Positions 1 through 64,000 of a stretch of 64,000 bases of DNA are shown piece by piece. Both the position numbers and the translations under genes were made by a program. Position 1 is the first letter of the stretch, and every line of letters starts with the position of its first letter. The notes beneath the pieces were generated by a model, which was not told where the DNA came from, did no database searches, and worked only from the letters and a program-made list of their open reading frames with translations. Source of the stretch: the human T2T-CHM13v2.0 reference genome, Homo sapiens; assembly GCF_009914755.1 (NCBI RefSeq), contig NC_060936.1; one strand, 5' to 3'.

Positions 1-383
1 TTAGAATCTCCAAAAAAAAAAAAATATTAAGAATAGGCAAGGATTCTGGCCTCTTAAGGCTCTTACTCACTCAGAAGCTAATTTCCATTGTTATGTCAAA
101 ATTAAATTTCCTATAGAATTAGTCAATACATATAAAATGAGAACATTATGCTTTTTGTCAAGTTTCCAAAAGTATGTGCTCAAGCTTCACATCATATGAG
201 CATTTATAACAAATTAACCTTCTGGAAACTGTCATTGATGATCTCAGTGACAAATTTACAAAAGCAGAGTTAAATTTAATTCAGCTCTGTTAAGAAAGGG
301 AAATTGGCCAATATGGACATAAATAGTTGTTTCCAGAGCTTTCAATTTGCAGAAAAACACCACCTTAGGTTGACAAGTCATAC

Positions 384-60186
<59,803 letters not shown>

Positions 60187-62172
60187 TGTGTCTTTCACTT
60201 GTGTGTTCTAAAAAAAGAAAGACACATAGATTAAAGGCAATAAAAAGGTCAAGACATCTCAGTTTCAAAAGTTATTCATTCAACAAATATGTGTTGCTGC
60301 CAGGAATTATAGTAGAAATGCAAAGATAAAGATCTCCACCCTCAAAGAGCTCAGGCCCCAGAGGTATAGATGAACATTTAAACAAAGATCCAACTGGCAT
60401 TTAAAATTAATATGCTAAAATTATAAGCAGATTTAGGTGAACAAAAGAAAAATCTAAAATATAGTTCTGAGTTCTCAAAGCATATAGACATAATTCTACA
60501 TTCTGCCCAAACTCATAATCAACTATCAATTTTATGAGATGTTATTTTGTTTACTATTCCATTATAAAAGTAATATAAACTCATTTAATTTAAAAAGTTG
60601 AGAAATACAGAAAAGTACAAAAGCAAAAAGTATCACCCAGAGCCCTATCATTTACAGAGAACCAGGTAACAGTTACCTTGCAGTCTTTTTGCCTACAAGT
60701 GGTTTTCTTTCCTCCCTTCCTTCTTTTATTTCTTCTTTCCTTCAAAGCACATTTGACAACATGTGCTTTGTCAAATGCACAAATGCACATGGACACATCC
60801 TTTTTTCAAGAAACTTTTCATTTACACACTTCTTTTACTTTTCACAAGAAAATAACTTTAAAAATCAATATCAGATATTTAACCTCAAAAACCATTTTTA
60901 AATCTATTTTACAGATTGAACAAACTTCCTTCAAACAAGACAAATAATTAGTAAAACTTCCTCTTTACCAAATGGAATGGCCTTTTCTTTCTTCTAGATA
61001 ACATTGCTGTACCCAATTTGTTTCTTTTCACTCCTGGATATTTGGTCCTCTCCGGGTTTGTGTCACTAAGCTATCCTGGATCCTGCCTTAGTTTTCTGAA
61101 TTTTGTCTTTTCAAATATATTATATTACTATGTCCTCTCAATAACTGTGAGTTAGGCAGGACATACCCCAGCTTTATGGGCCAAGGGGGTGAAAGCATGA
61201 ACAAATATTGATTATTAAGTTTCAGGTCCTGTGATGGATATTGGGACCACCAAAGTGAACCAAACAGACATGGTCCCAACTATAGGGCCAACAGTCTAGT
61301 GGGGGGAAACAGATAATGAATAAGTGTAAAATTTTAAGTTGTACTTATCATTACAAAGGGAACATTCATCATAACACGGATGCAAATAATAACAGAACTT
61401 AACTCTGATTGGAAGAGCACAGAAAGCCTACATAAAGAAATAATATTCAAGATCTGGTCACTTCGAGTTAATTCTGTCTCATTCTTCAGATCTCAGTTCA
61501 ATCACAATGTCCTCAGGGGAAGATTTTACTGACCGTCCTGGATAGATAAAATCCCACTATCAGACACTCTCCATACTATAGACAATTTTTCAAAGCATTT
61601 ATCACATTCATAACTTTTCCTTTACTTAAATTAATACCTGACTCTTCACTAAACTCTTAGCCCCCAAAAGGCTTGAATTTTTGTTTGATGACTTCTGCTT
61701 TTCAAATAAGAAGAAGGGTACCAGGCACAGAATAGGTGTTCATTAAATATTTATTCAAAGAAAGAAAGAAGGAAATCCATGTCCCACTCTTCAAAGAGTT
61801 TATTGTATTCTTAGGGAAACAAAGTTAATTCATGTAAAACAAATAGTAAGGAATTAAGTCCCAACATATGTAGCTCTATTTTAAATCTGCTAGAAGTTCG
61901 GAGAGGGAAAAGGCCATGAAGACTGTCATTACTTTCTGGAAGGGCTGGGACTTGACCTAGTTCTTAAAAAAATGGGTAAGAATGGCCCTCAAAACACTGG
62001 ACTTTAATTTAAGCTTTCCTATCCACTGCTTAAAAGCACATTTATAAATTAAGAAGCAAAGAAAGATCGGCCTCTGCCCTATACATGCATGTACTTATAA
62101 AATTACATGTATATTACATTGCTGTGCTCCATTTTTGTTGTTTTCCTTCTTCAGTTTACACTTGGATACAAT

Positions 62173-62362
62173 CAGTGGTGTGCTGGTAAACCAATTCTCA
62201 GGGTGGGACAAGGCAGAGGGCCTGATTTGTAGTGCTTATTGTTTTCCATGGTATAAATATTCCCACCATGGCCAATTTCAAGCAGTCAGTGGTTTAACAG
62301 CAGCTTACAAAATTCCTAAATTCTTCACGATTGGCTAAGGATCCAACTGCAGCACATCATTG
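62173..62362. mobile_element. MER63-like hAT fossil
   Basis: Termini cagtggtgtgctgg ... cagcacatcattg; internal cccaccatggccaatttcaagc. Confidence 0.7.
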
Positions 62363-63265
62363 CTACGTTCTATAATTTGGGCCAGAACAGAGGCCTGGAA
62401 TAACATTATGGAACTAGAGATAGTCTGGAATTTTAACACTATTCCTGGCACTAATTGGGCTAGGAAAGTCAATTAAGCCTCTGGCCTCTGTCTCAATGTC
62501 CTCGTCAGTAAAATAGAGATAATTCTTCGTCTTCCGAGCTCACAGTGCTAGTGTAAAGATGAAATGAGATAGATGTGCAAGTTTCTTCCAAAACTGAAAA
62601 AAAAAGAAGTGTTCTTTCAAAGCAAGCTGGTTCATTCAGTATATAAATTAAACCCCCAGGGTTTGTGCTGATTTTGATCTGGTTTGCGTTTTAAAACCAC
62701 AGCAGCTGGTTTTAATGAAAAGTGATAGCCACAGCATCTCATCTTTTCATGTTTAATTCTTCATGACAATCAAATAAATGCATGGTCTCTCTTTTGTTTT
62801 AAAATAGTGATCTGTTAGAATAAGAGAACATTAGAAAAGGGGATAGAAAATGGCAATTTGCTAAATTGAATTTTAAATATAGAAACTTTTTGTCATTTGG
62901 CAATCACAGTTTCACTTATCACGGCGGCTCATGTGGCAAATATGGAGGCTTTCAAATACCCAATTTGAGCGATTGCAGTGTATACCATGCAGAGGAAACA
63001 ATTACAAATGTTTGTCTTTTTTTCCATTAGGCTTTTAAGACATACCCAGTTTATACCCATATACACAATTTAAAATAATGATCAACTCTAACTGAAAAAT
63101 TAAGTGTTTTTATTTTTATAAACTGTTAAAGCAACCTAAAAACTAAAGAGACAAAGGTTTTTTTAATCGCTTTTAAGTTTAATGACTCACAAATGCAGTT
63201 AATCACACTAACTACATAATTCTGCTGAAAGTATACACTAAAGCCATCATAATAGCTACCACCTA

Positions 63266-63657
63266 CAGTTGGCTCCTGAACAAGAGGAGGGTGAACTGCA
63301 GAGTCCACTTACAAGCAAATTTTCTTCCACCTCTGCCACCCAGAGACAGCAAAACCGACCCCTCCACTTCTTCTCCCTCAGCCTACTCAACATGAAGACA
63401 AGGATGAAGACCTTCATGATGATCCACTTCTATTTCATGAATAGTGAACATATTTTCTCCTTCTTAAGTATTTTCTCTAGCTTACTTTATTTTAGAATAT
63501 ATAATACATATACAAAATACGTTAATCAACTATTTATATGATCTTAGGTAGACAGTAGGCTATTAGTATATGTTTTAGAGGAGTCAAAGTTATACACAGA
63601 TTTTTGACTGAGTGGGGGTCAGCACCCCAATCCCTGCATTTGCTCAAGGGTCAGCTA
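63266..63657. mobile_element. Tigger2a-like (TcMar-Tigger) fossil
   Basis: ta|cagttggctcctgaacaa ... tgctcaagggtcagcta|ta; internal ctctgccacc..gagacagcaa..cagcctactcaacatgaagac. Confidence 0.85.
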
Positions 63658-64000
63658 TATTTGATTTTAAGTAACAGCATCAATTTCCTTATGAAAACAC
63701 TTTTAGTAAGTCGTAGTTACTATAATTTTATCTTTATTTTCTACAGAAAATAAAATTCTTTGGCAATTAGAAGGATACAAATGATAAATTTAAGATCTAA
63801 GTTAAGCGAATGAAAAATGTAACACACTATAATTTTCAAAAAGAAAGGAAATGGAATATATAAAAAATGACTAAGAAGAAATAAACAAGGCTATAAGGTT
63901 AACTCAGCAAATTAAATTTGTATCAGAAGGTTTTAAGATCCTCAAATATAAGTTTTAGATTCCTTTTCTTTACTCTTGCTTGCATCTCATATCAATTTTC

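Noticed and set aside
60208-64000. Main EPS8 promoter or CpG island upstream of the ATG exon
   Set aside because: No CpG island is present, and the ATG exon begins with a splice acceptor, so the first exon and promoter lie outside the window.

Overview
This is primate genomic DNA, most likely human: AT-rich, CpG-poor, with Alu, MIR, L2 and MER repeats. The whole window lies inside EPS8 (epidermal growth factor receptor pathway substrate 8; actin capping/bundling adaptor, DFNB102 deafness gene) on the minus strand. I traced 19 consecutive coding exons by hand, from the ATG exon (CDS 60128-60186) to the penultimate exon (384-513). They join in frame to 2355 nt (785 codons: PTB, NLS/EGFR-binding, SH3, Pro-rich and SAM-like effector regions). 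The non-coding first exon and the last coding exon lie outside the window. Exon numbers assume one upstream non-coding exon. The introns hold 13 Alu insertions, a MER57-type solo LTR, DNA transposon fossils, L1/L2/MIR fragments and a U6 retropseudogene. Most ORF-track entries are Alu or intron artefacts. Best leads: (1) a frame-preserving, stop-free 72-nt candidate cassette exon just after the SH3 exons, with a neighbouring 90-nt poison-type candidate; (2) an interleaved double inverted duplication (A..B'A'..B) in intron 3; (3) an Alu with twin-priming-type 5' inversion; (4) inverted Alus around exons 9-10, whose back-spliced circle would be a stop-free ORF; (5) unusual splice sites, namely a GC-AG intron and a (TTA)10 repeat in place of a pyrimidine tract. 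I cannot establish a wholly new biological system from sequence alone, and I cannot check whether these leads are already annotated.
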